64,000 bases of DNA from Octopus bimaculoides (taxonomy: Eukaryota): the NCBI RefSeq assembly GCF_001194135.2, contig NC_068986.1, positions 9,895,234 to 9,959,233 on the forward strand, written 5' to 3'. The notes under the pieces were generated by a model. That model searched no databases and had not been told where the DNA came from. It saw only the letters and a list, made by a program, of their open reading frames with translations. A program made the translations under genes and the position numbers. Below, piece after piece: positions 63,536-64,000 of this stretch; the first letter of the stretch is position 1; every line of letters begins with the position of its first letter.

Positions 63536-64000
63536 AACAACAAACAAGATGAGGACAAATATCCATCAAATGTAAATAATATGTATGTATGTATGTATGT
63601 ATATATGTATGAGGGTGTGCGTGTGAGAGTGTGTGCATGTATGTATATATATATGTGTGTGTGTGTGTGTATATATACACACACAATACATAATTACGCA
63701 TGTGTGTGTGTATGTTCACACGGGCATAAATGCATATCTATGTGTGTATCATTGTATCTATGTACTATAATGATAGTCATGGCATAATCTAACCGTTTAG
63801 ATTAGATTAAAATCAAGCAGACAGCTGAGTTTTTTTGGAAATGTGTTTGGATGAACTCACCACTCACACACACGCGCGCGCACACACAATCGATACATAA
63901 ATATATTCACATTAATATGTTTGAAACAGAGAGAGAGAGAGAAAGAGAGAGAGAGAGGGAAAATCGATTTAGGCATATATATGTATATAAATATGTATAT

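Overview
AT-rich, microsatellite- and repeat-dense animal genomic DNA with several N gaps. The repeat families look like octopod cephalopod (Octopus) DNA; the species is an inference. Two convergent protein-coding genes were reconstructed by hand from splice sites. (1) The last four exons of a serine carboxypeptidase S10 gene, SCPEP1-like (+ strand, 1476-7211), carrying the catalytic Asp (GQLDLIV) and His (AGHM) motifs. (2) A complete ZNF207/BuGZ gene (- strand, nine coding exons, 47156 to 19598, 1158 nt, 385 aa, frame continuous). Its first coding intron (8.7 kb) is a minor-spliceosome U12-type intron, and it has a 28-nt micro-exon. The rest is mostly transposon-derived: a 5'-truncated RTE LINE with a PHD finger in ORF2 plus many RTE 3' tails, a decayed Penelope-like element, a full-length dead mariner, hAT/piggyBac/Tc1 MITEs and at least four tRNA-headed SINE families. 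The most notable observation is a tRNA-headed SINE-like family whose 3' tail contains a minimal type I hammerhead ribozyme (intact core at 63490-63535). Both head-bearing copies also carry an inverted copy of their own tail fused to the 5' end, resembling Penelope-type insertions. Several long hairpins and inverted repeats are also present. Long poly-X ORFs in the track are gap artefacts.
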